Of a stretch of DNA of 64,000 bases, positions 48,888 to 62,572 are shown in pieces; the first letter of the stretch is position 1, and the number at the start of each line of letters is the position of its first letter. The position numbers were made by a program, and so were the translations under genes. This stretch comes from Neocallimastix sp. 'constans' (lineage: Eukaryota). The notes under the pieces were generated by a model, which did not search any database, had not been told where the DNA came from, and saw only the letters and a list, made by a program, of their open reading frames with translations. The DNA lies in assembly GCA_050613775.1 (NCBI GenBank), contig JBODTK010000142.1, positions 248,001-312,000 on the forward strand, in the 5' to 3' direction.

Positions 48888-51041
48888 CAATGATTCCTTT
48901 GCATTTAAATATGTTGTTCGGAGGGATACTGGAAGTTTTTCAATACTATAACGAAGCATTATTCTTGGCATTTTCCATGCATACTTATTTAAAAAATGAA
49001 TTAAGGTTTGTCTTTCATTAGTATACAAATTAAATGGTATAGTTGTAGTAATTTTATTTTTTCCATTTGCATCTCTTTTTATTTTTGTTTTAGTTTTAGT
49101 CTCATTTTTTATCTTAGATTCTTTTAATATACACTTACATCCTTTACCGCTACAGGAACCATCTCTTTTTCCAATCTCTCTTAGCATCCATCCTGATGCT
49201 TTTTCAATTAAATCATGTAATTTATTTCTATTTTTGTTAACGATGGAATTATGACTATCAGGTCCATAAATTTCCTCATCTTCAAAATTCAATAATTTTT
49301 CTAAAAGAAAAATTGTATACCTAAAATCTGAATTATTTATAAAATAAAATGTACATATAATCGCTACACGTTTAGTCCAAACCGTATTTATTGAAAGATT
49401 TTCAATTGAGATGTCAGTAGATTGCTTATTTTCTTTTTTTATTTCTTTTCTAATTTTTGCATTCCTCATAATTTTATCTTTTTGTCGATTTTGTAAATTT
49501 TTATATCCTACTACTTGATCACTTATTTTAAAAGCGAGCCAACTATATAAAATAGTTTTAATTTGATCTTCTTCCAACTCCATTATAAAGCTTCCAATAA
49601 TATCACGACATGTTAAATCAACTAAATCCCAGTTATCAATCCATGGCATGCATTCTATATAAAATTCAAATAAAATTTGTTTCTGAATTTTTAAAGGATC
49701 TGTAAACCCTAGATTTGAATGGAACTGATATGTTAAATCAATATTGACTGAATTATCTTTGGATACTTGGTCTAAAAGCACTGGTCTCGATTCTCCTATT
49801 CTTTCTCTTTTTTCTTCATGTCTTTTATTTGCCGATAAGGTATCTACAACATCCCAACCCTCTCTTTCACCTGGTCTACTATTATTTTCTCTTATAAAGC
49901 ATTTAATTAATTCAGGAATTGTATGACATTTATATTTTTTAAAATCATCATTAATATTATCAAAAATAACCTGATAAGGTTTCTGATTATTTGATAATTT
50001 CTTTTTTTTCTCCTCTTTTTGAATTTTTTTTGAAATTTCTGTCATATATAATGCAGCAAGCATACGCTCTTCATGGTATGAAGAAGTTATTAGCCAAAAT
50101 AAGCTTTCAAAATCAATGTTAGGAAATTCTTTTAAACTTGATCTAATTCCTGGTACAGGAATACCATAAAATTGATCACCATCTGCATACTCTCCAGGCC
50201 CTGTTTTAAAATAAGTCATTAATACCCTTTTTTTTTCTGGAATTATTTCTTGATATAATTTTTGTCTAACTATTTAATTTAAATATTAAAATTGTTTTTA
50301 ATAAAATAAAGTTAAAAAGTAAAAAATAAATAAAAGTTAATACATATATTTATAATATTATTTTATAAATACTTTTTATAATAAAAAATAATTTTCATCA
50401 TTTAAAAATATATAAATAATAGAATTTTCATATGCCTTTAATAGCTAATTGGGGAGTATTAGTTGAAAATTTTTCTAAATTAATTTCACATTCTTTCTTA
50501 ATAGCTTTCTGGTATTCATCATTTTTAGAAGTTCTTTTCCTTTTTCTCGATGTTTTTTGATTTTCTGTATTTTTTATTTCAAAATAATTACCATTATCAC
50601 TGTCATTTAATTCATATTCACTTTCGTCTTCATTATTTTCATACTCTTCTTTTTTTATGTTTTTACTTTTCACTTTTTCAATATTTTTATTTTTATTCTC
50701 AAAATCAACTTTTTTTGCTTGTGTATCTGAATCTTTATTTTTTCCTCTTTCTTTTACTTTTTTATTATCATTTTTTTTATTGAGACTGGATTCGTTTTCT
50801 AAAATATATATATATGTAAATTTATTTGTATTATATATATAAGAAAAAAGAATAATTATGTATTAAGTATTTAAAAAACAAATATATTCATATATATGAA
50901 AACTTTATTATTTCACCATTAATAAAACTATAGTTATTTAAAAGTAATACTGAATTATAAAGTATTAATATTTATTTAACTTATTCATTTATTCTATTAA
51001 CCTTTTTTCTTATGACTTCGTAATGTCATTGTAAACGTCAT
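48882..51041 (-). CDS. alkD: AlkD-family DNA alkylation repair glycosylase (HEAT-like) with N-terminal K/E-rich extension; exons 51002-51041, ~50436-50798, 48882-50269
   Basis: YFKTGPGEYADGDQFYGIPVP, YHEERMLA, IDNWDLVD, WTKRVAI, HDLIEKASGWMLREIGKRD and MPRIMLRYSIEKLP are hallmark motifs of the bacterial DNA alkylation repair family. The upstream exons splice in frame. Confidence 0.9.
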
Positions 51042-51879
51042 TTTATTTATTATTATTACTATATTTTAATATAAATTATGTATTATCTTATTTTTTTTTT
51101 ATTTTAAGAATAACTTTTTTAATATTTTATATTTACAATAAAAAAAAAAGTAAACATTATTTAATACTATATTTATAAAACGAAGAGAAAATTGTAAAAA
51201 TGGTTTTATACTAATATATTGTATATTGTTATTACTGATGGCTAAGTAAAATATATATCAAACCTACAAAATATAATTATAATTTTCTATTTGAAATAAA
51301 ATTTATTTAAAATTTTATATATTAGAGAAAAAAATTTTTTTTGAATAAATGGCTTAATTTAAGTTTTCATGTATAAGAGAAAAAAAATATTTTTGAATAA
51401 ATGGCTTAATTAATATAAAATACAATAAAAATACAATTTAATTAAAAAATTATTAATTAAATAATATAAATTATTTAATTATTGGTATATATATAAAATT
51501 ATATATATAATTATATTATCAATATTAAATATAAAATTTGTTAATGGATCATATGACATATTATTCAATAATAACATAGATCTAAAATATTATATTGTCA
51601 TGTGTTTATGTATTTATTCTGATTTTATATATTTCTATTTCGCTTAGGCTTATGTTTTATTTTACAATATAATGTATACTTAAATAACTTTTTATTCCTT
51701 TTAAAATTTATATAACTAATGGATTTCCTTTTTAAACTATTTTTTTAACAGATTTAAAATAATTATGATAATTAAATAAAAAATATTTTATTACTAATAT
51801 CAAAATCATTTTCATATGAAGAAAAAAATTATAAATATTATATTTAATTATTTTATAGTGATAAAAAATAAAATACAAA

Positions 51880-52310
51880 CACACACATAATGGGTATCCA
51901 TATCTCATTAACTCCCCAACAGTTATTACTGTAGGTGTGATGATAGATGGCATACTAGTCCATTATCACAACCCACAAATATCTTTTCTGCCCGGAGCTA
52001 AATTCCCTGTCCATTGATTACGAGCATCGGAACAGGAACCAGTTACACCCTCAGTGAGTGTAATCATTGCAGTGTAGGAATTTTACCCTCTTAATTCCTA
52101 CAGAATTAACCAGAGGCATCATTAAAATCTATGATTAAGTAGTAATGTAGTATCAGGATTGGATGAAAATACAGTCAAAGGAAAGTCTTTTTGGAAACCA
52201 CTGTGGTTAAAAAACTCACTGCTTATAGGTAACATGTAGGGCCGGGAATTCAATACAGGTTACTGCCACTATAGTAACCTGTATTGTTCTGACTGACTGA
52301 ACCAACATGA
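51880..52310 (-). ncRNA. Candidate structured non-coding RNA (~430 nt), family unassigned
   Basis: GC-elevated island without a convincing ORF. Perfect 14-bp stem (52251-64/52273-86), 10-bp stem (52073-82/52093-102) and several more helices. Several plus-strand A-C mismatches become G-U pairs on the minus strand. Confidence 0.5.
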
Positions 52311-52426
52311 TATTATATGATATTTTAATATAATATATACTTGTCATAATATCATTTATTATTAATCAATTAATTATTTTTTTTTTTTAGTATTGATTTT
52401 TCGCTTTCATTATTATTACTATTATC

Positions 52427-52457
<31 letters not shown>

Positions 52458-53907
52458 ATCATTATTATTATTAACTATTATTATTATTAATTATTAACCT
52501 ATTAGTAACTTTCATTATTATTACTATTGTTATTATAATTTTTATAAATATAACAAGAAATTGGTCACGTGTGTTCAGTATAAAATAAATAATAATTGTT
52601 GAAAATTTTATATGAAATAATCTATTATTTTGTATTAATAAATAAATTATTGTTTTATTTGATTTTTTTTTTTTTTATACTAAATTTTTCTGGTACTATT
52701 GATTAATATAATTTTTATTAAAATATAAAACTCCTTTTATTTACTGTCTCAAGCTATCAGTAAAAATTTAGATCAATATATAATTTGAATCCTTGGTATA
52801 TTGACTTATTGAATTAACTGTTAATATTATTTACAAACTTTAAAAATTTTGATTCACAAGTTTTTAGAATTAAAATCATCAAAGCTAATTTAAATATTCA
52901 AATTATTTATTTTATATGAATTACAGAGGTAAAAAGAAATGAATTCCTTATTTATTATTAAATCTTAACTTTCTATTGATATTTCTTATTTATATTTATT
53001 CTATGTTATTGTATGTTTTTTATTAAAAAAAAAAAAATAAGATGTTATATTTGTTATAAAATGTATGAATATATTATTTCTAATAAGGATATTGATTATG
53101 TTCTTATATTATATATATATATAATAAATAGTTTTAAAAATATAGAAAATGAGTAAAGTCTTCATTACATATTATATTTTAATTATTAATACTATTATTA
53201 ATTAGTATTATTATGATATGATATTTTTGGTAAATAATAATTAATAAAATATTTGTATAATTTAATTTTATTTAACTTTATTTATTAATATTTTTATTAT
53301 ATAATTTTAACAATTACTTACATATTATTAAATAATTACACCAGGAATATAATTTATTTTAATATTATTTTTATTTTTATAAAAATTAAAATTTTAAAAT
53401 TTTGAAACTATTCACATTTATATATTACAGATTTAATAATAAAATTTAATCATTATAATTTTAAAGTATCTTATTAATTATTGAATTTTCTTCTATAAAT
53501 ATTTTTAAACAATCAAAAAAATATTTTCTTAGTATATTATCTATATTTATACTAATAAGAAAATATTTTCTATTATGCTATTCTTATTGAAATACATTAT
53601 TTAAATTTAGTTCAAACATCGTTGAAAAACAAACAAAAAAAAACTTTCTATCGATAAATTTAATTCTTGTTTTAGATTTTCGAAATTATATATTATATAT
53701 TATATTATTATTTTAAGGTAATAATTAAAATAAAATGAATTAATTATATTATTAAAATTAAATGGTCAAAGCTAATATAAATTTAAAAAAAAAAAAATAT
53801 ATATATATATATATATAAATATGAATAATAAAAATAACATACATTAAGAATTTTTTATTTTTAAGTATAATTTTCTTTTCTTTTATTTATATATATATAT
53901 TATTCTA

Positions 53908-53939
<32 letters not shown>

Positions 53940-53984
53940 ATTTAACTTCAATAGTTGTAAAAAAAAAAATTAATAATAATAATA

Positions 53985-55966
53985 ATGGCATCCAATTTAT
54001 CTGATCCAATATTAGTGGACATCAACAAAACATCATTATCATGTAAAGATTTATTGGCAGAAATATGTCAGTGGACAAAGGAATCAAATAAAGCAAAAAA
54101 TGTTACTGATTCACTTCATAAATTAATTACTGAATTAGAAAACCTTGAACAATATGATGAAATTAAAAAGGAAGATACTTTAGCTGCAATTTCTGTAAAT
54201 TTACAAAATTTATTACCAATTTTATTATCAAATAATATTTCAATGGATCAATTAGAAATTAAAAAAAAAGAAGTAAATACAATAGGTATTGAATTAATCA
54301 CAACTTTAAATAAGGTAAAAGATAAATGGTTAAAAAGTAAAGGAAAAATAAATTATATTAATACTTCACTTCAAAATATTGATGACAAAAGTACACTTTC
54401 ACCAACATCTCAGACAATAAAAAGAGGAAGTTCCAAAAGAAAAAGTAACCTATTTACAAAAAGTTTCCATAACAGTATCAGTCATTTAAGTCATAGTAAT
54501 AATCATCTGCAATCATCATCTGAGGAAATGGAAATTACAGGTCCAATTAATTCACCTCTTTACATGTTAGACAAACCAACAATGATTAATACAATGTCAT
54601 TATTTCCACCACCAAAAACTGATCCTGATATGCTTGAAACTATTTTAAGAGCACTTCCACCAAAACCTACTTCAAGTCCATTTGAAGTCAATGCAGTGCC
54701 ACCTTTAGAAATTGGAAAAAGTTATATTAACAACAATACATCTAGTAATACTTCTGGGAATTATAATGAAAATATTCAGCTTCCTATAATTACTTCTGAT
54801 AATGAAGAAAGTCTTGAACAAAATATATTAAATGTTTTCGATTTTATTTATGGATCATCATTGACAGATAATAAGGATAATCCTACTGAAAAAAGAAATA
54901 GTAAAAATCTCTTTAACGATGATAAAAAAGGTATATTTATTTTAAGAATACAATAAAATTTATTCTATTATATATATAAATTGATGAAAATTTAAAAATC
55001 TCACTAAATTGATAATAATATTATTACTAAATATAAATACATATAATTATTTATATGAATAAAAGTGGATAATTACGAATATAAGCAAATGAATGATTAT
55101 GAATATGTAACTAAAATACCTAATACACCATTATCAGAAAATACATTTAACCAATTATCAAATAATGATAACAACAATAATAGTTCAAAAAGCCATGAAG
55201 TTAAAGCCTCCTCAATTATTAAAGAAAAAAGAGAAAATGATAAATCTATAAATTATAGTACATATAATATTCCTAATATTAAATTATACAATAATAGTAA
55301 TTATATCATAATTAATTATTCGTTAATCTATCTATGTTATAAAGAAAATAATAAATTAAAAAAAAATAATTAAATAAAAATATTATATTATTAATTTACG
55401 CATTATAGATAATAACGAGAAAGGTTTTAATATTTTCTTACAATACAAAGGAGAAACTAAAAAAGCATTTGTTAATAAAGAATATATTTCTTATAATTCA
55501 TTAAAAGAATTATTTGAAAAGCAATTTAATTGTAAAAATGATTTTAAAAATAAAGAATTTCCAAAAATATACATTAACAATCAAAATAAGATAAACTTAT
55601 TCTATGAGTTAAATTCATCCTGTAGTGATCTCAACGAAAACTCGATTTTAAAACTTAATATTGAAGATGGTGAGTTTTTTTTTTAAATATATTATATAAA
55701 TTTATAAATTTATTTAATATTATTAAAATAAATAAATATGTTTATTTTTTTTTACTTAAATAAATAGAAAAATCAAAGAACGAATTATTATCCGAAATTA
55801 AAGAATTGAAAACTATTATTAATAAAACATCTTTAGGTTTAGATACCAATAACACAAGCAATAATGAAAAGGCAACAGATAATGAAATTAATAAAATTCC
55901 TAATACAGAAATTTCGATTAATACTAAATATGACAAAGACACATCTAATACCTGTATGAAGAATAA

Positions 55967-56002
<36 letters not shown>

Positions 56003-56439
56003 TTGAAATTAATAAATAATTTTTTATATAACTTAGACAAAGAGTTATCTGATATTAGAGCATCAATCTTAGATATTGTTAATAATTTTGTAAATTCACC
56101 TGTTGTTAAGGAAAATAAAGGTAAAATTCACTTAATAAAAAATAAATAAGAATTTATTTATTTTCTATTATACAAAAATTTATTTTAATATTGTTTATTT
56201 TACATTGAAATTTAATAAATAAAATAGAAATAAGTCCATCTTCTGATACTCCCAATTCTGATATTCAAGATTTGAAAGATACAATTAATGATTGGATCAA
56301 TTATCAAAAACAGATTTCAAGTTCAAACATTATTCAAACTCCTACTTCTACAAACCCAAATAATACTAATAATTCGTTAATTGAACCATATAAAGGTAAA
56401 ATAAACGTTCTTTATGAATGTTTTTTTTAAAAGCAAAAG

Positions 56440-56478
<39 letters not shown>

Positions 56479-57898
56479 TAATAGAAACCAAATACTATTA
56501 TCTTTACTTTCATCTTTATTATTCTAATATTATATTTATTGTTATCCTTTTTTTTTAATATAATTGTTTAATAAAATAATTTTAATATATATAAAGAAAT
56601 TGAAAATATGTTAAATACAAGAATTTCCAGTATTCAAAATTTTATGAACAATGAATTAACTATTTTAAACAAAAATGTAAATACAAAATTAGATAATATT
56701 GTTACATCAATAAATGAAAAATCACCAACAAGTCCTTCTTTTAAAACTCCTGATTCAGAAGATTTCATTACAAATTTTAATAATGATATAAAAAATAACA
56801 TGAATAATTTAACTAACGAATTGAAGAATTATATTAAAGAAGTCATCGATGCAAAGATTGATGAAAAAATATTAAATTCAAATATTGGTACTAATAAAGG
56901 TAATTCAGGAAGTAATAAGTCACTCAACAATACTATTAATGAATTAAAGAATAATGTTCAAATAGTTAATGAAAATATTAATACTAATAACAATAACTTA
57001 ATTAATGAATTAATTGAAAAGATTTCAAACAGTAATGATCAAAAATTAAAAGAAATGGAAGAACGTTTCAATGAAAAATTAGATATACTTGTTAATTTTA
57101 AGAATAATTGTGATAATAATGAAAAAATAAATTCTGTATTAGAAAATATGGATAAATCCATTTCAGATTTAAAGGTTTCATTAAAATATAAGAATGATGA
57201 AATAGAAAAACTTACAGAAATAACTGAAGAAATGGGTAAAAAAATTGAAAATAATAATACTATAGAAAAAGAAGATGAACAATTAAAATATATGGAATTT
57301 ACAAAAACACTAGAAGAAGATATTAAACAGCAACTTAGAAAACTCAAAAATGATATTTGTAATAATATGAATGGAATACCATCTGGAGAAAGTAACAATA
57401 ATGAAAATACAGAAAAAGCAGAAAGATTTGTTACCAATTATGATCAAGATACTATTGATTATGTTAAACAGATAAGAGATAATGTTGATAAACAATTATT
57501 AGAATTTAGACGAGCTTTATTTGATCTTTCTGAAAATATAAAAGCTAATACATCACCCACTTCTCAAAAAGGTTTCAATCCAGAAATGATTGAAACTATT
57601 CGTAGTTTTAGATCTGAAATGAAGAATCAGTATCAAGATTTCACTGAAATGATTAAAAAAACTCTTTCTAAAAAAGAAACTACTAATAAGATCAATAAAG
57701 AATTTCAAAATTCTGGTAATAAGGTTATAAAAGATAATGGTAAGGATATTCTTTCAATAATAATTTTATGATTTTTTTTTATAATTTTTTTCAATCATTT
57801 CTAATGATATTATTATATATTATTATATTTATTAACCTTATTTATTAACCTTATTAATCATTACCACCACTTTTTATTATTATTTCTACTACTACTAC

Positions 57899-57944
<46 letters not shown>

Positions 57945-57971
57945 ATTATTATTATTATAATTATTATTATA

Positions 57972-58070
<99 letters not shown>

Positions 58071-59408
58071 TTATATAATTTTTATTTATTGTATAATTAA
58101 AATATATAATATAATTAACCCAATTTTTATTTAAATAATTATATAAATATATATAAATATATATAATTATTAAATAATAGCTAAAGAAAGTAAGTATAAT
58201 AAAAAATTTTCTATGTTACGAATATAAATAAATATATATATATATATATTTTTTTAATTATTATTTGGTACTAATTCATTATTTGCTTTCCTATTCTCAA
58301 CTCACAAAAACTAGCTTATAATTTAATTAATGATGAATTCTTTAAATTGAGACAATTTATGGTAGAAGTAATAAAGATTTCTCAAACAAGAAAAGCAACA
58401 AAAGTAGGAGAAATAGGACAATTACCAACAGGTATTGACGAACAACAATTCATAAAGAAAACTAATATGACTACAACTAGCTATAATACCTTAACAAATA
58501 AAAGAAATGAAATTAACATCATTAAAAAAAATATTAAGAATATTAAAAAACAATTTGAAACCTTTAGATTTGATAATTTGCAAAATATAAATAAACTTAA
58601 ATGTTTAGTATCTTTACTTAGCCAAATAAATCCAACTACTCCATCAGAACAAAGACAATTATTGGTAAATGAAAAGAATGCTTTGAATCTTCAATCTGAA
58701 AAAATTAAAAATAAATTAAAAGAACTTCGTTTATTATTAGAATCAATTGGTGCGGACGTGTCAAGAAAATGCAATCCAAAGATAGCAGTTATGAATTATG
58801 TCAAAAACGAAATTAAAATGATTAATTCTGAAACCCAACAATTTTCTGAAACAGTAAGAAATGTTAATGTCAATTGGAAGGGAATATGGGAAAAAGAATT
58901 ACAAGAAATTGTATCTGAACAAAAAATATTGAAATCTAATATTGAGAATTCAGTTGAATTCGAAGATGAATGTAATACTTTATCTGATGGTTTCAGCGTC
59001 ATTTTAAAAGTATTATCTATACAAAAAGAAAAAAAAGAATTTAAAATGGAAAATGTCCTTGATCCTGAGGAATTAAAAGAATCTGGATTATATAGTGGAT
59101 TAATGAATGAAATTAAATTAGTAACTGATGAAGAATCATCCTCAAAAAGATTAGAAGCAATTGAGAAAGCAATGAAGATTCAAGAAATTATTCGTGAAAA
59201 CTCTAGCAAAAATGAATTTGAAGTTGAATTAAGTAACTTTATCGAAAGTAATAAATATAAAATAAACAAAAATGTAATGGAATTTGAAAATCAACAAAAA
59301 GCTAAAAAAGATGAAATACTTAAGGAAATATGGAAAAGTGAACATGATAATAGCTCAGCAACCTCTAATAATGAAGTCTCGAGTCAAGCTAATATTCCTG
59401 CAATGTAA
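53985..59408 (+). CDS. BUD6: Bud6/Aip3-like actin/formin-interacting protein, multi-exon coiled-coil
   Basis: Exon at ~55410-55669 encodes IFLQYKGETKK...LKELFEKQF...FPKIYI...FYEL...ILKLNIE (Aip3 N-terminal motif). The last exon has WKGIWEKELQEIVSEQ (Bud6 core) and KRLEAIEKA...NEFEVELSNFI. GT-AG introns link the ORF pieces. Confidence 0.82.
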
Positions 59409-59742
59409 ATTTATAATTAAACATTTAATTAATCTAACAACTTATACCATTTATTATATTGTTATACTGTTATAGAATATATATATATATTGCTATTAAA
59501 TTGTTTTTTTAATGTAATGGATTATTATTTTGTAATAAAAAAAAAAAAAAAAAAGCTTATAATTTATTATATAAGAAAACCTATTATAAAATAATTTTTT
59601 AATGATTAATAAGTATTTTAATAATTTAATTTATATAAAAATAAATTTTATTAATAAATAATAAATACTACCAAATATAAAAAATAAATTGATATAAATT
59701 TTATTATTATTATTATTATTGTGATTGTTATGTTATTATTAT

Positions 59743-59822
<80 letters not shown>

Positions 59823-59974
59823 TATAATTTGAATATTTGATAACTTGTTTTTTATTAATATTAAATTATCAATTTTTAATATTCACATCGTTTCAAAAAT
59901 CACGTATAAAAACATGAAAGTTTAAAAAATTAATAAGACATAATTAATTATAAAGTCAAAAAGGATAAAATTTG

Positions 59975-60017
<43 letters not shown>

Positions 60018-60132
60018 AAATGTAGGAACTATAGGAAATATACAATATTAGTAAAATATAATAAATATTTAAAATAAAAAAAAAACAAAAGCAAATCATA
60101 ATTGATTAATACTACCATTTTTATTTTAACTT

Positions 60133-60193
<61 letters not shown>

Positions 60194-62572
60194 AAAAAAG
60201 AAATATTTATATTTATATTCTTTTATATGAATAATGAATGGAATTACATAAATTAATTAGTTGAAAATTATTTTTTTTTTTAAGAAAGTTGATTTTAAAA
60301 CGGTGTTATTTACATCTTAATTTTACAAGTATTTTATTAATATATAAATAATTAATAATTATTTATATATTTTGAAATATTTAATTAATTAATATTTGTC
60401 AATTTATTCAGTTCATTTTAAATATAATATATAATTTATATAAAAAATAACAAAATTAATATTCCAATAATAGTATTTATTTTCTTTTCATAAAAAAAAT
60501 TTATTTATAAAAATGTTTCTTTTTAAATATAATAATTACAAATAAGAAAAAAAAAACTTAGTTATATAATTATGATAAAAATGCATCTGATATAGATAAT
60601 TTCAATTCATTAATATTCTAGTAGTAACTATAATAATTACAATAATTATAATAATTTTAATAATTAGTATTAATAATTATTATTACTATTATTACTATAG
60701 TAACACAAATACTAACACCTACAATAATAATATTTCTACAAAAATTAATAACTATAGTAATAATACTAGTTCCAGCAAAATTAAAAGACATTCAAGTAAA
60801 TAAAGGTTTTTCTTTAGTTTCAGATAGTATAGTACTTGGATTATCAAGTCATACTTTAATTAAATTTGCTTATGCCCAGTCCAGAGATTACAAATTTTAC
60901 AACTACAACCTATAATACCAGCCATATAATTTCTGCATTCAATACTATAACAAAAGAGTAAGGCATTATAAGAATTACACTAATTTTATATTATTATACT
61001 TTCCAAAACCTTTTATATTTCATGTTTTTTATAACACTTTAAATATTAAAAAAAAAGTTTAATTTTTAAATTTATATTGATTTACTTTTATTGGGAATCA
61101 TATTTAAATATAAATAATATATTCTTGAACTTTATTTATATAAATCAACTCTAATAATAAACACTATTATTATTAAAATATTTAACTTTTTACTAAAAAA
61201 GACTTACTAAATAATAAATGATATTAATATATTAATATATTATTAATTATATTATAATATAAGGATTAATTTTAATATAGCATACTTATTAATATATTAA
61301 ATATTATTAAAATTATTATAAGTTACCGTTCAAAAAATTGTTTTTTTTTTTTTTTTAATAAATAAAATAAATATATTAAATATAAATATATTAATTTAAT
61401 CATAAACTTAATATATAACTGATATATTATAATATAATTTTTCAATACATTATTTTTAAACAATTTATTAATATACATAATTTTATATATTTTAAAAAAT
61501 ACAATAATTAATCGTAATATTAAAATATATATTAAAATATTGAATAATAAAATAAAATAAAAGAAACATATTTTTTTTTTTTTAAAATATATTTAATCAT
61601 ATATTTCAATGGAGAATTAATATAATTAATTTATTCGTTAATATTATTCAATAAAAATATAATAGCAACTATTATTTATTAATTATGAAATAAAATAAAT
61701 ATTTTTTTTTATTTTTTAAATTATTAATATTAATTACATAAATTTTATTATTATTAATTATTTTTGATACCATTACTATTTATATGATATACAATTTATA
61801 ATAATTCAATATAAATATATTAAGTATATTTATAATTATTTAATTATTAAATTTTACTAAAAATTTTTAAATTTTGACTTCCAGGTTCCATGATAATTTT
61901 TTTAAATCGAAGATTTATGAAAAAATAAAAGAGAAACATTGAAGCATTTTATGGTTTAGTTTCTTTTTATTTTTTGGATATCTTTTAGTATTCTATATAT
62001 ATATAAATAAAAATATATATATATTAATGTGTGAATAATTAATAATTAATAATCTTAAAAAGTAACATGGAATCATAAAACAAAATTCTATAAATTCTTG
62101 TATTTTTTATTTATTTCTTATATATATATTCATTTAAATATTTTAATTATTTTTTCAATCTTATTTTTTTTTCAAATTAATATAAGTAATTTAGATTAAA
62201 TTTACTATTAATAAAGGTAAAAATAAAAAAAAAAAAATGAAATAAAATAAAGATTTTTGTAATTTTTGTTTATAATTTGAAAATAAAATTATATTAATAG
62301 ATATTCTAATTATATACATTTCTAAATATTTCTTAATTATTATAATTATTATTATAATTTTTATATTGTTTTATTATTATTGAAATCATTTTAATTATTT
62401 GATAAATATTGAACTCTCTTTTTGAATTTATATTCATATATATTTTTTATTTCTTTTAAATTTTTATTAATGAAATGGTGTTATTTAAAATAAAATAATA
62501 TACATTTCAATCTCTATTTGATAATATTATAAAGATAATTTAATTTAATAATAATAATAATAAATAAAAAAT

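Noticed and set aside
51732..51953. 73-aa minus-strand ORF overlapping the structured island
   Set aside because: It runs into AT-rich filler, has no recognisable motif, and does not explain the rest of the island.
52170..52260. Direct assignment of the island to RNase P/MRP (GGAAAGTC), U17/snR30 (ATTCCTA, AAACCAC) or an HDV/hammerhead ribozyme
   Set aside because: Partner motifs are missing or in the wrong order or spacing, and no complete catalytic core was found.
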